This document shows positions 18,737-28,488 of a stretch of 32,000 bases of DNA, in pieces. The position numbers and the translations under genes were made by a program. The stretch lies in contig NC_018267.1 of assembly GCF_000306885.1 (NCBI RefSeq), positions 780,001-812,000 on the forward strand, read 5' to 3'. This DNA is from Wolbachia endosymbiont of Onchocerca ochengi (lineage in GTDB: Bacteria > Pseudomonadota > Alphaproteobacteria > Rickettsiales > Anaplasmataceae). The notes under the pieces are model-generated. The model worked only from the letters and a program-made list of their open reading frames with translations. It was not told the origin of the DNA and ran no database searches. How positions within the stretch are numbered: position 1 is the first letter of the stretch; each line of letters starts with the position of its first letter.

Positions 18737-20370
18737 TGAAAGAAGCTAAATTTATCTTTGTAACAGGTGGGGTTGTTTCATCCATTGGCAAGGGTTTAGT
18801 CTCTTCAAGTATAGGTGCGCTTCTTCAAGCTTATGGTTTTAAGGTATGTATTAGAAAGCTTGATCCATATTTGAATATTGATCCTGGAACAATGAGTCCA
18901 ACTCAGCATGGGGAGGTGTTCGTTACCGAAGATGGTGCTGAAACTGATTTAGATCTTGGGCATTATGAACGTTTTACTGGAATTAAAGCAACTAAAGACG
19001 ACAATATAACAACTGGTAAAGTATATCACGAGTTGCTGAAGAAAGAGAGGCGTGGTGATTATTTAGGTAAAACTGTACAAGTTATTCCTCATGTAATAGA
19101 TTTGATTAAATCATTTATTTTTAATGGTACGGAGGACTTAGATTTTGTAATATGTGAAATAGGTGGAACTGTAGGCGATATTGAAAGCCAACCGTTTTTA
19201 GAAGCCATACGTCAAACCAGTTATAAGTTTGGAAAACAAAGAGTTATCCTTATTCACCTAACCTTAGTACCATATCTAACTGCAGCGCAAGAACTAAAGA
19301 CAAAACCAACACAGCATTCAGTTCGAGAGTTAAATTTTGCTGGGTTACAACCAGATATTATATTATGTCGTAGTGAGAAGAAAACCTCTGATGATCAAAA
19401 AAGAAAAATAGCTAACCTTTGTAATGTCTCATTATCTAATGTAATATCTGCTCCTGACGTGAATCATATATATGAGTTGCCGGTCTTATATAATCAATCT
19501 GGGCTTGGTACACAAATTCTAGAACACTTTCATTTAAGTAAACCACAACCAAGCTTAACTGAATGGGATCAAATAGTACTTTCTATAAGAAACTCAACAC
19601 AAGAAGTCACTGTATCTATAGTAGGAAAATACACTGAATTCCCTGACGCATATAAATCATTGGTTGAAGCATTGAATCATGGTGCAATTAGTAACAAAGT
19701 CAAAGTAAAGATAAATTGGGTTAACTCGAGGGAAAAAAGTAAAGAACCTATTGATGAAAAATTTATAGGAGAAAAGCTACAAAATTCTCATTCAATCCTT
19801 GTGCCAGGAGGGTTTGGTGACGATGGAGTAGAGGGTAAAATATCAGCAATAAGTTACGCCCGTAGGCATAATATCCCATTTTTTGGAATATGTCTTGGTA
19901 TGCAGCTTGCAGTTATTGAATTTGCTCGCAATGTCATTAAGCTTGAGGATGTACACTCTGAAGAATTTTGTACCTGTAAGCACCCAATTATTAAGCTAGC
20001 TGGTGATAAGGGCGTTGATATTGGTGGAACTATGAGACTTGGAGCGTATAAATGTAATATAAGAGCAAATTCTAAAATGGCAGATGTATATGGTAATACC
20101 ACTATCTCCGAAAGGCATAGGCACAGATATATAGTTAATTTGGATTATAAAGATGATTTAGAAAAAAATGGGCTAACATGCAGCTGTATATCAGAAGATG
20201 GAACATGCATAGAAGCAGTAGTGTTAGATAATCACCCATGGTTTACTGGTGTACAATTCCACCCAGAATTTCAATCAAAGCCTTTTTCTCCTCACCCTCT
20301 TTTTGTATCCTTTATTAAAGCAGCAGTCAATAAAATTAAAAGAAAGAAGACTAAAAGAGAAAATGTTTAA
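18736..20370 (+). CDS. pyrG: CTP synthase
   Basis: N-terminus [16 protein letters not shown]. Glutamine amidotransferase domain with FFGICLGMQ (catalytic Cys) and the HRHRY / QFHPEF blocks. The ATG overlaps the secG stop by 1 nt (TAATG). Confidence 0.96.
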   Translation: MKEAKFIFVTGGVVSSIGKGLVSSSIGALLQAYGFKVCIRKLDPYLNIDPGTMSPTQHGEVFVTEDGAETDLDLGHYERFTGIKATKDDNITTGKVYHELLKKERRGDYLGKTVQVIPHVIDLIKSFIFNGTEDLDFVICEIGGTVGDIESQPFLEAIRQTSYKFGKQRVILIHLTLVPYLTAAQELKTKPTQHSVRELNFAGLQPDIILCRSEKKTSDDQKRKIANLCNVSLSNVISAPDVNHIYELPVLYNQSGLGTQILEHFHLSKPQPSLTEWDQIVLSIRNSTQEVTVSIVGKYTEFPDAYKSLVEALNHGAISNKVKVKINWVNSREKSKEPIDEKFIGEKLQNSHSILVPGGFGDDGVEGKISAISYARRHNIPFFGICLGMQLAVIEFARNVIKLEDVHSEEFCTCKHPIIKLAGDKGVDIGGTMRLGAYKCNIRANSKMADVYGNTTISERHRHRYIVNLDYKDDLEKNGLTCSCISEDGTCIEAVVLDNHPWFTGVQFHPEFQSKPFSPHPLFVSFIKAAVNKIKRKKTKRENV

Positions 20371-20797
20371 ATATCGATACATGGAGCTTGCCGTAGAGCA
20401 AGCAAAAATTGCTCAGAAAAATGACGAAATTCCTATAGGAGCTGTAATAGTCAGTGGAAACAATATAGTTTCTTTTGCACACAATATATACAATGATCCA
20501 ACTGCGCATGCAGAAATGTTAGCAATCAGACAAGCATGTAAATTGCTTTCAACACCAATACTTTGTGATGTCGATATGTATGTGACATTGGAACCGTGTC
20601 CGATGTGTGCTCAAGCCATCTCTTTTGCAAGAGTTAGAAGGGTATACTTTGGAGCTTATAATCCTAAAGGTGGAGGAATTGAGAATGGTGCTAAAATATT
20701 TCAATTTTGCAGCCATGTACCTGAAGTTTACGGTGGGATATTAGAAACAGAATGCTCTTTTTTGTTAAGGGATTTTTTTGAAAAGTTAAGGACTTAG
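20363..20797 (+). CDS. tadA: tRNA-specific adenosine deaminase
   Basis: CDA-fold zinc motifs HAEMLAI and [18 protein letters not shown]-terminal block. The start at ATG 20363 overlaps the pyrG stop by 8 nt. ATG 20381 is an alternative. The longer ORF-track start (20249) lies inside pyrG and is unlikely. Confidence 0.88.
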   Translation: MFKYRYMELAVEQAKIAQKNDEIPIGAVIVSGNNIVSFAHNIYNDPTAHAEMLAIRQACKLLSTPILCDVDMYVTLEPCPMCAQAISFARVRRVYFGAYNPKGGGIENGAKIFQFCSHVPEVYGGILETECSFLLRDFFEKLRT

Positions 20798-20859
20798 TTT
20801 AGGTTACCAATTAACATTAAATTTTTCTGTCACTTCAACACACTGGTTAAAATCAATTG

Positions 20860-21400
20860 ATGAGTGTTCTCAATTTTATAATTTTCAATTTCGCGACCCT
20901 GTTAACTTAGCAACGGTAACAACGTTTATACCATTAGCAAGTGGTATTGCTACTTCAGTTTTTCCTTTCTCTATACCGATTTCTATATCTTCCTTTATTG
21001 TTTTTTCTATATTCTTTTAAAAGAGCAACAGCGCTCTACTAGCTTGTTAATTGTTTTGCTTCATTTTAAGGGAATTTAGGTAATTCAATAGATATAAATT
21101 GAAAGTCTTGTAAGCTGTACTTATTAGTTTTATTATCTCAGAAAATAAAACACAGCTCGAGGTTCAATAAAGAAGACCTCTTAAAATAAGCTGTGGCAGC
21201 GTAATATTGAGTGCGTTTTTAAAGCTTTTATTATGAGTAAGCTATATTTCTGACCATAAATCTGTTATCAACAAAACCTTGATATTAGTATACCTTAAAA
21301 TATCGTTCAAAAGATGAACAAGGACATTTTTTTTCTCTGTAACAAAGACTTTTTTGAACTTCAGACCCAGTTTTGGATCGAGGAATTTTGAAAAGGTTAC
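20860..21400 (-). pseudogene. Rpn-family / PD-(D/E)XK nuclease-transposase-like pseudogene (truncated)
   Basis: The minus-strand translation gives FSKFLDPKLGLKFKKVFVTEKKNVLVHLLNDIL, matching the family N-terminal block KFLDPKNDxxFKKxFGxEKNKDILIxFLNDIL. After several stops it gives KEDIEIGIEKGKTEVAIPLANGINVVTVAKLTGS, matching the family C-terminal helix-turn-helix-like tail (EGxxEGKxExAxxLLxxGxxxxxIAKxTGLS). It spans about 540 nt against about 900 nt expected, so there is internal loss. Confidence 0.65.
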
Positions 21401-21517
21401 ACTAAACCAGTTTAAAAAGTACTATCAATAATATGATACTTTCTATAAACATTTAATCACATTTTTTAACTTGCAATTTTGAATTAACTTATAACGTGTA
21501 TAGTTTATATCAGAATT

Positions 21518-22789
21518 TTACCAGTCGCATTTTTTATCCTGCGGTTTTATTTGTAATATTGCCACTAAACCGACTAATAAACAGAGAACTATATAAAGCC
21601 CAGCTGCAAAGTTTACTTGAGGAAATGTTATAGTAAACCAAGTGCATATCATAGGAGTAAATCCACCATGAAAAGCAAAAGAGATATTGCGTGATAAACT
21701 CACTCCACTGAATCTAACATTGGTAGGAAAAAGTTCAGATGCAACTATTCCTATAGGGCTTATACCTTTTTCTACTGCAGAAAGGACCATTATACTAAGC
21801 ATAATTATGAGATAACTTTTATAGTAGTACGCAATAGATAATATAGGGCAACATAGTACCATTGTAATCACTATAAACAAAATCGCAGTGCGTTCTTTGC
21901 CTATTCTATCGGCTAACATTCCAAGCGCTATTGCGAATATTGGCATTAGTATACTGGTTATAATCAACATAATCTCATTGACGTATGTTGTTACATATGT
22001 TTTAACTGATACTGTCTCTTTTGCAAGAGTTCGGAGAAATATGGTAAATCCAACAATAACATTAACTGGTACTGATATTAAAACAGCAAGTATAAGACCT
22101 CTCTTATAGTGTTTTATAAGCTCTATTATTGGTAAATTTGGTAGATTTTTTTGCTTTTGATCCTTTTCATACTCTAAAGTTTCTTCCAATGTATATATAC
22201 TACATGTGCTGATTAACCCTAAAATGGCTGAGAAAGTGAACGGCAGTCTCCAACCCCAAGTGTTAAAATCAGTGTTTTTCTTGCAGATGATTACTATCAT
22301 TACAGAAAGCAAGATGCCAATAGAGCGACCTAAACTTGTTATTCCACAAAACGCCCCTAGCTTTTTCTTATCAGGTAAGTGCTCTATTAGATAAACAGAA
22401 CTGCCTCCTTGTTCAGCACCGAACGCAATTCCTTGTGTTACATGGATTGCAAGAAGCAATATAGTAGAAGTTATACCTATTTGATTATAACTTGGAATAA
22501 ATGCAATGAGGCTAGATGGAATCGATATTAACAAGATGGCAATCATTAATGCCATTTTCCTTCCGTACCTATCACCAATATGACCGAATGCAGATGCGCC
22601 AAGTGGTCTTACCATCGCACCCAAACCTGCAATTCCAAATAATTGGAGTATGTTGTAGTAAACATCCTTTGCAGAACAAAACTCCCTGCTGATTATATTA
22701 ACCAGATCAATAAAGAGCATATGATCATACCATATTGTGACTTTGCAGAGTATTATTGCTAACAACGTTTTTGTTTGCTGATTATACAC
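21518..22789 (-). CDS. MFS transporter, ProP-like (proline/betaine family)
   Basis: 423-aa ORF with about 12 TM helices. MFS loop motif RPLGASAFGHIGDRYGRK between TM2 and TM3 and WGWRLPF block. The N-terminal WYD motif region is diverged (VTIWYDHML). The substrate cannot be determined from sequence. Confidence 0.8.
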   Translation of the reverse strand: MYNQQTKTLLAIILCKVTIWYDHMLFIDLVNIISREFCSAKDVYYNILQLFGIAGLGAMVRPLGASAFGHIGDRYGRKMALMIAILLISIPSSLIAFIPSYNQIGITSTILLLAIHVTQGIAFGAEQGGSSVYLIEHLPDKKKLGAFCGITSLGRSIGILLSVMIVIICKKNTDFNTWGWRLPFTFSAILGLISTCSIYTLEETLEYEKDQKQKNLPNLPIIELIKHYKRGLILAVLISVPVNVIVGFTIFLRTLAKETVSVKTYVTTYVNEIMLIITSILMPIFAIALGMLADRIGKERTAILFIVITMVLCCPILSIAYYYKSYLIIMLSIMVLSAVEKGISPIGIVASELFPTNVRFSGVSLSRNISFAFHGGFTPMICTWFTITFPQVNFAAGLYIVLCLLVGLVAILQIKPQDKKCDW

Positions 22790-22959
22790 TAAATTTAACT
22801 TATAAATATTTGCCTATTCCATTGTGGCTGTTTTTTAGAATTTAGTAAAGCTACAACCTTAGGTTGTGGAATTAACTTTTTATTATAGTATGTAATAATT
22901 GAGGTTATTAAAAATTTAGTAGTAAGGTTAAGAGATGAGCCAATTGTAAAAAATCAGTA

Positions 22960-24357
22960 TTATGAAGCATAGTTTCTAACAACCTCAACATCACTGAATT
23001 CAAGAGCTTGACCATTTATGATTTGGAATCTTTCGTGTCCTTTTCCTGCGATCAACAGGATCATGCCTTTATTGTAAGAAATATCTATACCTTTTTCTAT
23101 AGCTTCTTTCCTATCTTCTACCTCTACTGCATCAGGACAATGTAGCAAAATATCACGACGAATTTCTGTTGGATTTTCATCACGTGGATTATCATTTGTG
23201 ATTATAACTTTCTCTGCATACATTTGTGCTATTTTACCCATTTCTGCACGTTTTGCCTGATCGCGATTACCACCACAACCAAAAACTAGAACTATTTTTT
23301 TATTGAAGTGCCATTTTAAAGACAATATCGCTTGTTTAAGTGCACTTGGAGTGTGTGCGTAGTCCACAAACACAAAAGGTTTTACCTTTTCCATTCTTCC
23401 CGGTGGAGAAATAAGCTTATCTATACACATTTTTTTGTAATCCAACCCAGACGAGATAGCTATACCGATTGCACACATTAAATTGCATGCTTGAAATTGT
23501 CCAAAAACTGGAAAAAACACGTTATAAACCTCATTACTGATTCTAATCGTTAGGTATTGGCCATTTAGTGCTGGTACTTGCTTTATTAAAGTAATGTTAG
23601 AGCTTTTTTCCCCATAAGTTATAACTTTGTTGCCACGTTTTTTAGCTATCTTAAGTAATGCATAGTACTTATCTGTATTTGCATTTAAAATTACTGTTTT
23701 TTCTTTTGATAGTACCTCATGAAATAACCTTTTCTTAGCCTTAAAATATTTGCTGATGTTCTGATGATAATCTAAATGATCTTGTGAGAGATTTGTAAAA
23801 GCCGCAGCAGTTAACTCAAGTCCATGAATTCTGTACTGATCAATTCCATGACTTGAAGCCTCTAATGCTAAATACTCTATACCTTTACTATTTATATCAC
23901 ATAGTGTTGCATAAAAGTCATCTGCATCTGGAGTGGTAAGGCTATTATGATTAGCTTTCCTTTCATTATTGGTATACATTCCAAGTGTTCCAATAGACGC
24001 CGCATTATAGCCAGCATTTTGCCAGATCTGACAGCAAAACTCTATCACTGAAGTTTTGCCATTCGTGCCTGTTACAGCAGCAGCATATTTAGGCTGTTTG
24101 AATTGATAAAATCTGCTAACTATTTTGCTATATATTTCTTGAGGATTTGGGTGAAGAATATAAATTCGAGAGTCATGTACCATAAAATTTGCTATTATAG
24201 CTGAAGTTTTTATATCACTTATACACTTTTCATGTTCCTTTGATATACAAACAAAAAGGTAGCCTTCTTTGACTCTCTTAGGGTTACACGTGACACCTTT
24301 GATTTCAATATCAAAAGTAACATCAATAATGTTATACAGTAACTCCCTCAGTTTCAT
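22960..24357 (-). CDS. murE: UDP-N-acetylmuramoyl-L-alanyl-D-glutamate--2,6-diaminopimelate ligase
   Basis: Mur ligase ATP-binding loop VTGTNGKTS. LEASSHG and DYAHTP blocks. DNPR motif (TNDNPRDE) typical of meso-DAP-adding MurE. Confidence 0.92.
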   Translation of the reverse strand: MKLRELLYNIIDVTFDIEIKGVTCNPKRVKEGYLFVCISKEHEKCISDIKTSAIIANFMVHDSRIYILHPNPQEIYSKIVSRFYQFKQPKYAAAVTGTNGKTSVIEFCCQIWQNAGYNAASIGTLGMYTNNERKANHNSLTTPDADDFYATLCDINSKGIEYLALEASSHGIDQYRIHGLELTAAAFTNLSQDHLDYHQNISKYFKAKKRLFHEVLSKEKTVILNANTDKYYALLKIAKKRGNKVITYGEKSSNITLIKQVPALNGQYLTIRISNEVYNVFFPVFGQFQACNLMCAIGIAISSGLDYKKMCIDKLISPPGRMEKVKPFVFVDYAHTPSALKQAILSLKWHFNKKIVLVFGCGGNRDQAKRAEMGKIAQMYAEKVIITNDNPRDENPTEIRRDILLHCPDAVEVEDRKEAIEKGIDISYNKGMILLIAGKGHERFQIINGQALEFSDVEVVRNYAS

Positions 24358-24373
24358 GCCTTACTTCATCAGC

Positions 24374-25597
24374 TTAAAAAGCTAAACATGGCAGCCTAGC
24401 TAGTGCGGCATCTAAGTCAGAGATTAGATCTTCAGGATCTTCTAGTCCACAAAATATCCGCACGAAACTTCCATCATAATCCAAATGCATTATAGATCTT
24501 GGCATAGATGTACGATTTATTGGTAACATTAAACTATCGCACCCTCCCCAAGAAGCACCAATACTAAAAATTTTCATATGATCAACCATGTAACTGAGCT
24601 CTTCACATAAATACTCTCTATCTAGTACTATACTAAATACGCTACCTGCTCCTTTGAAGTAATTTTTCCACAACTCGTGCTGAGGATGAGAAGGAAGCGC
24701 TGGATATAAAACCTTTTTCACTTTTGGATGCTTCTCTAACCATTTTGCTACTTTCATGGCTGTGCTTTGATGCCTTTTTATGCGTATATGCAATGTTCTA
24801 AGTCCCCTGTGTGCAAGGTAACAATCGTGCGACTGAACAGTGACTCCATAATTCTTATAGCTTTCATAAAGTAATTTAAAAATTTCACCTTCTGCAACAA
24901 CGGCTCCCATCAATAAATCTGAGTGACCGGCTATATACTTTGTAAGTGCGTATAGAGCAACATCAATCCCATAATCAAGGGGTTTAAATAACAAGGGAGT
25001 AGCCCATGAATTGTCACAAACGGTTATGATTTTATGTTCCTTAGCAATTTTTACTATATGCTCTACATCCGAAATCTCAAACGTCACAGAACCTGGAGTT
25101 TCAATCATTATCAATGAAGTATTATTCCTAATCAAACTGGTTATACTCTGCGTTGGATCATAAAAAGTTACTTTTACTCCTCTTTTTGGTAGCTCACTTT
25201 CAACAAATCTTCTAACTCGGTAATAACTATTATCTTGAACCAGAATATGCGAGCCTGCCTTAGCAAAAGTCAGAATAGCAAAAGCAAGCACAAACAACCC
25301 AGAAGGGTAGATCAATGCTTGTCCCCTACCTTCAACTTCAGCAAGCGCATTTGAAAGATAATGAACAGTGGGAGTACCAACATTACTATAACTGTAATCC
25401 CTTAACACACCATCGTTGATTACATCATATATGCTCTTTCCGTTTGCTGCATTTAAGTAGTCCTTGTAAGTAGGAAATAATATAGTAGAAGAATGATAAA
25501 TTGGAGGGTTCATAGAACCTTTATAGTCATTGAATTTTCTTCCTGCTTTAATCAATAAAGATTCTTCTTTCATACTTTTGCTATTTGTTTTTAACAT
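24374..25597 (-). CDS. metC: Cystathionine beta-lyase (PLP-dependent Cys/Met metabolism family)
   Basis: PLP-lysine block ALTKYIAGHSDLLMG and N-terminal NPPIYHSSTILF. The start is uncertain: ATG 25597 overlaps the bolA 3' end by 17 nt and ATG 25573 (MKEES...) gives no overlap. The ORF-track start at 25636 is probably too long. Confidence 0.85.
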   Translation of the reverse strand: MLKTNSKSMKEESLLIKAGRKFNDYKGSMNPPIYHSSTILFPTYKDYLNAANGKSIYDVINDGVLRDYSYSNVGTPTVHYLSNALAEVEGRGQALIYPSGLFVLAFAILTFAKAGSHILVQDNSYYRVRRFVESELPKRGVKVTFYDPTQSITSLIRNNTSLIMIETPGSVTFEISDVEHIVKIAKEHKIITVCDNSWATPLLFKPLDYGIDVALYALTKYIAGHSDLLMGAVVAEGEIFKLLYESYKNYGVTVQSHDCYLAHRGLRTLHIRIKRHQSTAMKVAKWLEKHPKVKKVLYPALPSHPQHELWKNYFKGAGSVFSIVLDREYLCEELSYMVDHMKIFSIGASWGGCDSLMLPINRTSMPRSIMHLDYDGSFVRIFCGLEDPEDLISDLDAALARLPCLAF

Positions 25598-25865
25598 TGT
25601 ATTCGCTTTGCGTATAGAAATGAAGAGAAATTGCATGTATTAGCTCTATTTCGCTTTTTAGTAATCCATAAATCAATCTGTGTCTTTTTAAAGCGTTCAT
25701 TCCGATAAAGCTATTAGATATCAATATTAGCCTGATGTGTGAAGGTAATGCTGAAGATGAAGCAAAATAATGATCTGCATGTTCTATAGACTCATCAATA
25801 ATATCAATATCAATTATATCTATTGAATTTCTTATTTTTTCTTTTATCACTTTAATGATACTCAT
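25581..25865 (-). CDS. bolA: BolA family protein
   Basis: 94-aa ORF with a BolA-like layout (DESIEHADH ... F.GMNALKRHRLIYGLLKSEI...IHAISLHFYT). Confidence 0.78.
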   Translation of the reverse strand: MSIIKVIKEKIRNSIDIIDIDIIDESIEHADHYFASSSALPSHIRLILISNSFIGMNALKRHRLIYGLLKSEIELIHAISLHFYTQSEYNVKNK

Positions 25866-25901
25866 ATTGTTGTTGAAATGTTGAACCTCATGTAAAACTA
25901 T

Positions 25902-26381
25902 TTAATAAAAATTAGAACCTTTCGTATAAAAAAGACAAATTGCTATAGCAAGAACATCAGCAGCATGGTGACACTTTATATTTAAGTTGTCAACCACCTA
26001 TCTCACTATAAATATAATCTGATCTTTATTAGTGTGGCCATTTCAGTAATACTTTTTTACATAATTTACGTCATATTCATTTATGATCAGCTCTGTCATT
26101 TCTAACACTAAAATTATGATTTCTCTTGCATATTGTAAAATTAGCGAAGATTTTTAGATTTTTATTAACAAAAATTCTCTCCACTGAGCTTCATTTGGAG
26201 AATATAAAGAAATTAACTTTTTAATTATTCAAAAATTATATGCAGGTGTGTTTACCTACGCTGAGCTTCTGTTGGTGATGTAATATTACTACCCAAAATT
26301 CAATACTACTTTTTTTACTTAAATTAATAATAATCATCTAGTCTTTATTTATCCGTGATCAAGATCTATTATTTTAACTAT
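25902..26381 (-). pseudogene. ruvC: Holliday junction resolvase RuvC pseudogene
   Basis: A single minus-strand frame reads IVKIIDLDHG*IKTR*... LISLYSPNEAQWREFLLIKI*KSSLILQYAREIIILVLEMTELIINEYDVNYVKKYY*NGHTNKDQIIFIVR*...KCHHAADVLAIAICLFY. This is collinear with RuvC blocks (IIGIDPGxxxTG, YxPDxxAIExxFxxKNxxSxLKLGxARG, xEYxxxxVKKxxxGxGxAxKxQ, DAADALAIAICH). There are about ten in-frame stops. The expected start codon is ATA (26381..26379), immediately after the coxC stop. Confidence 0.82.
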
Positions 26382-27209
26382 TCAATAAACGCTTAACCAA
26401 TATACAAACACAAACACAAATATCCAGACTATATCTACAAAATGCCAGTACCAAGAAGCAAATTCAAAGCATAAATGGTTCTGAGGTGTAAATTGATCTT
26501 TCTGCGCTCTAAATAAACACACTAATAAGAATATTATTCCTATTATAACGTGCACACAGTGAAATCCAGTAATCATATAAAAATTGGATACATAGATTAG
26601 CTTTTCTCCTGTTTCTTGTAGAGAAAAACTTGCCTCATGATACTCTATTGCTTGCACTATTGTAAAAAATACCCCAAGCAATATAGTTATAGACAACATT
26701 TTAACCATATTCTCTTTATCATTTTTAAGTAAAAAGTGATGTGCCGAGGTGATTGTTGTACTAGAAAGTAATAATACTAATGTATTCATGAACGGTAATG
26801 ACCACGGATTAAGAGGTAGAATTCCTTTAGGAGGCCATTTAACTTTATCTGTGGGAGAAAATCCTTCAAACAAAAAAACTGGATCAAGCCAGGCTTTAAA
26901 GAATGAACAAAAGAACGACACAAAAAACATGACTTCTGAAAGGATAAATAAATACATTGCAATCTTGAGTCCATGTTTTACAATTGCAGTATGGCATTTA
27001 TCGTAAATAGCTTCTTTTATTACGTCCTTCCACCAATAAAACAACACTCCTGATATAGTAGAGATTCCTAAAACTAAACCAAATATTCCAGAAATTTGTT
27101 TATGGAACGTGCTAACTAATCCAAGCACAAGAATAAGAATTGCTGCTGATATAGCAATTGGCCAAGGACTTGGATCCACTAAATGAAAATCATGTTCTTT
27201 ACTTCTCAT
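26382..27209 (-). CDS. coxC: Cytochrome c oxidase subunit III
   Basis: 275-aa ORF with 7 TM helices. Blocks HDFHLVDPSPWP, GFHCVHVIIG and SWYWHFVDIVWIFVF are diagnostic of COX3. Confidence 0.93.
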   Translation of the reverse strand: MRSKEHDFHLVDPSPWPIAISAAILILVLGLVSTFHKQISGIFGLVLGISTISGVLFYWWKDVIKEAIYDKCHTAIVKHGLKIAMYLFILSEVMFFVSFFCSFFKAWLDPVFLFEGFSPTDKVKWPPKGILPLNPWSLPFMNTLVLLLSSTTITSAHHFLLKNDKENMVKMLSITILLGVFFTIVQAIEYHEASFSLQETGEKLIYVSNFYMITGFHCVHVIIGIIFLLVCLFRAQKDQFTPQNHLCFEFASWYWHFVDIVWIFVFVFVYWLSVY

Positions 27210-28488
27210 ACCATCTTCAAGAATAGATATTAAGCATACAGATTAACTTAAAATTGTCAATGTTGCTTAAGAAATTGATTAAATTTTAGGAAATTGCATG
27301 TGTATTGTTAATAATCTAATTCATATTGTATACTTATTTTAAATAGCTCAAGCATTCTGTTTCTTTCATTCTTACTAAATTTTTATAATACCCACCAACA
27401 ATATTTCCTAAAGTGATACATCCGTCTATCCTCTTCATATCTATTATTTTCTTAAATCTACTTCCTATATTATCAATGATAATCTTGCATATAAATCTGT
27501 AAGACTACAAAACTATTATAGTTTCACAAATATCTCTTATATATTGATCCTTGTGTCACTTTGGTAATAGAACTTAAAATTTTCCATGTTTAGAATACTT
27601 TAGAATACTGCTCATTAATTTAATATTAAAAAGTTAACTAACAGCAATTCTTGGTTATATTATTAGGCATATAAAAATACTAAAAAAACTAGGGTTTTGA
27701 TATGAATAATTCTATGCTAGGTTAGCATTAACAAGTTGTGCTACAACCATTATTTCGTTCTAAAACTCTATTTCAAGCTGCAGCCTATTACAAAAGATTC
27801 TAACATGTTTTTTCGTTCATCATTATTGTATTTTTTTTATACAGACAGACTGTTCGTGATCTTAATCATATTATCTCGTATTATCGATTATGTTATTTAT
27901 TATATCAGTGCTAAAAAAGTCTATATCCATTTCTGATATTTGTTGTTAGTAGTAGTGTTACCTTTCACAATATGGCAAAATAACTCTTTAATGTATAAAG
28001 AAGCATGAGCAAGGTGCTGCTCAACTTTCAGTAACAGAATTATGATATGTAATATGCATAAGGAAGCTAATAAAAGCTACTAAGCAAGACCATGACTTTT
28101 CATAGTTATCAGATAAGTTACAACTTGTGAGCAAAAGTACTACCAACTATATAAGTTGGCCTATTTATTATCTCAATGTATCAACTTTAGTTACAATAGT
28201 TAATAAAGCACGAGTGCAATGATTTAACTATATATAAAAAAAAACTGCTGGTAGTAGGATTTGAATTTTTTATAGTCTAACGCGTTGTTTGCTAACTCAA
28301 TCTTGAAAAGGATGTTCTTTTCCATCGATAAAATTTGATGATTCTTTTATAGCTATGTCATATAATCCTTCCTTTGTTTTGTTATGCACTTCATTGCCTC
28401 ATAAATGAAAATTGCTGTTAGTATAGCATTATTATTATAAAAGTGCTAATTATACTAAGCTAGTATAGTATATCAATGTTAAGTTAAA

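Noticed and set aside
20249-20362. N-terminal extension of the tadA ORF (track start 20249)
   Set aside because: The extension lies entirely within the pyrG 3' coding region in another frame and has no TadA similarity. Homology begins near [15 protein letters not shown].
22851-22869. 8-bp stem hairpin (ctacaacc-tta-ggttgtgg) between murE and the MFS gene as a terminator
   Set aside because: On the transcribed (minus) strand it is not followed by a U-run. It may still be an RNA processing or stability element, but a canonical intrinsic terminator is not supported.
27591-27610. Tandem duplication tagaatactt/tagaatactg
   Set aside because: There are only two copies of a 10-mer in decaying spacer. 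This looks like a simple slippage duplication rather than a repeat array.
27736-27936. 66-aa track ORF in the coxC-metK spacer
   Set aside because: It is a Phe/Tyr/Ile/Leu-rich translation of AT-rich DNA, starts at TTG, and has no motifs or promoter. It is most likely spurious.
28451-28467. AT-only hairpin TATACTA-agc-TAGTATA 22 nt downstream of the metK stop as a terminator
   Set aside because: The stem contains a single G:C pair and is thermodynamically weak. No contiguous U-tract follows it on the minus strand.
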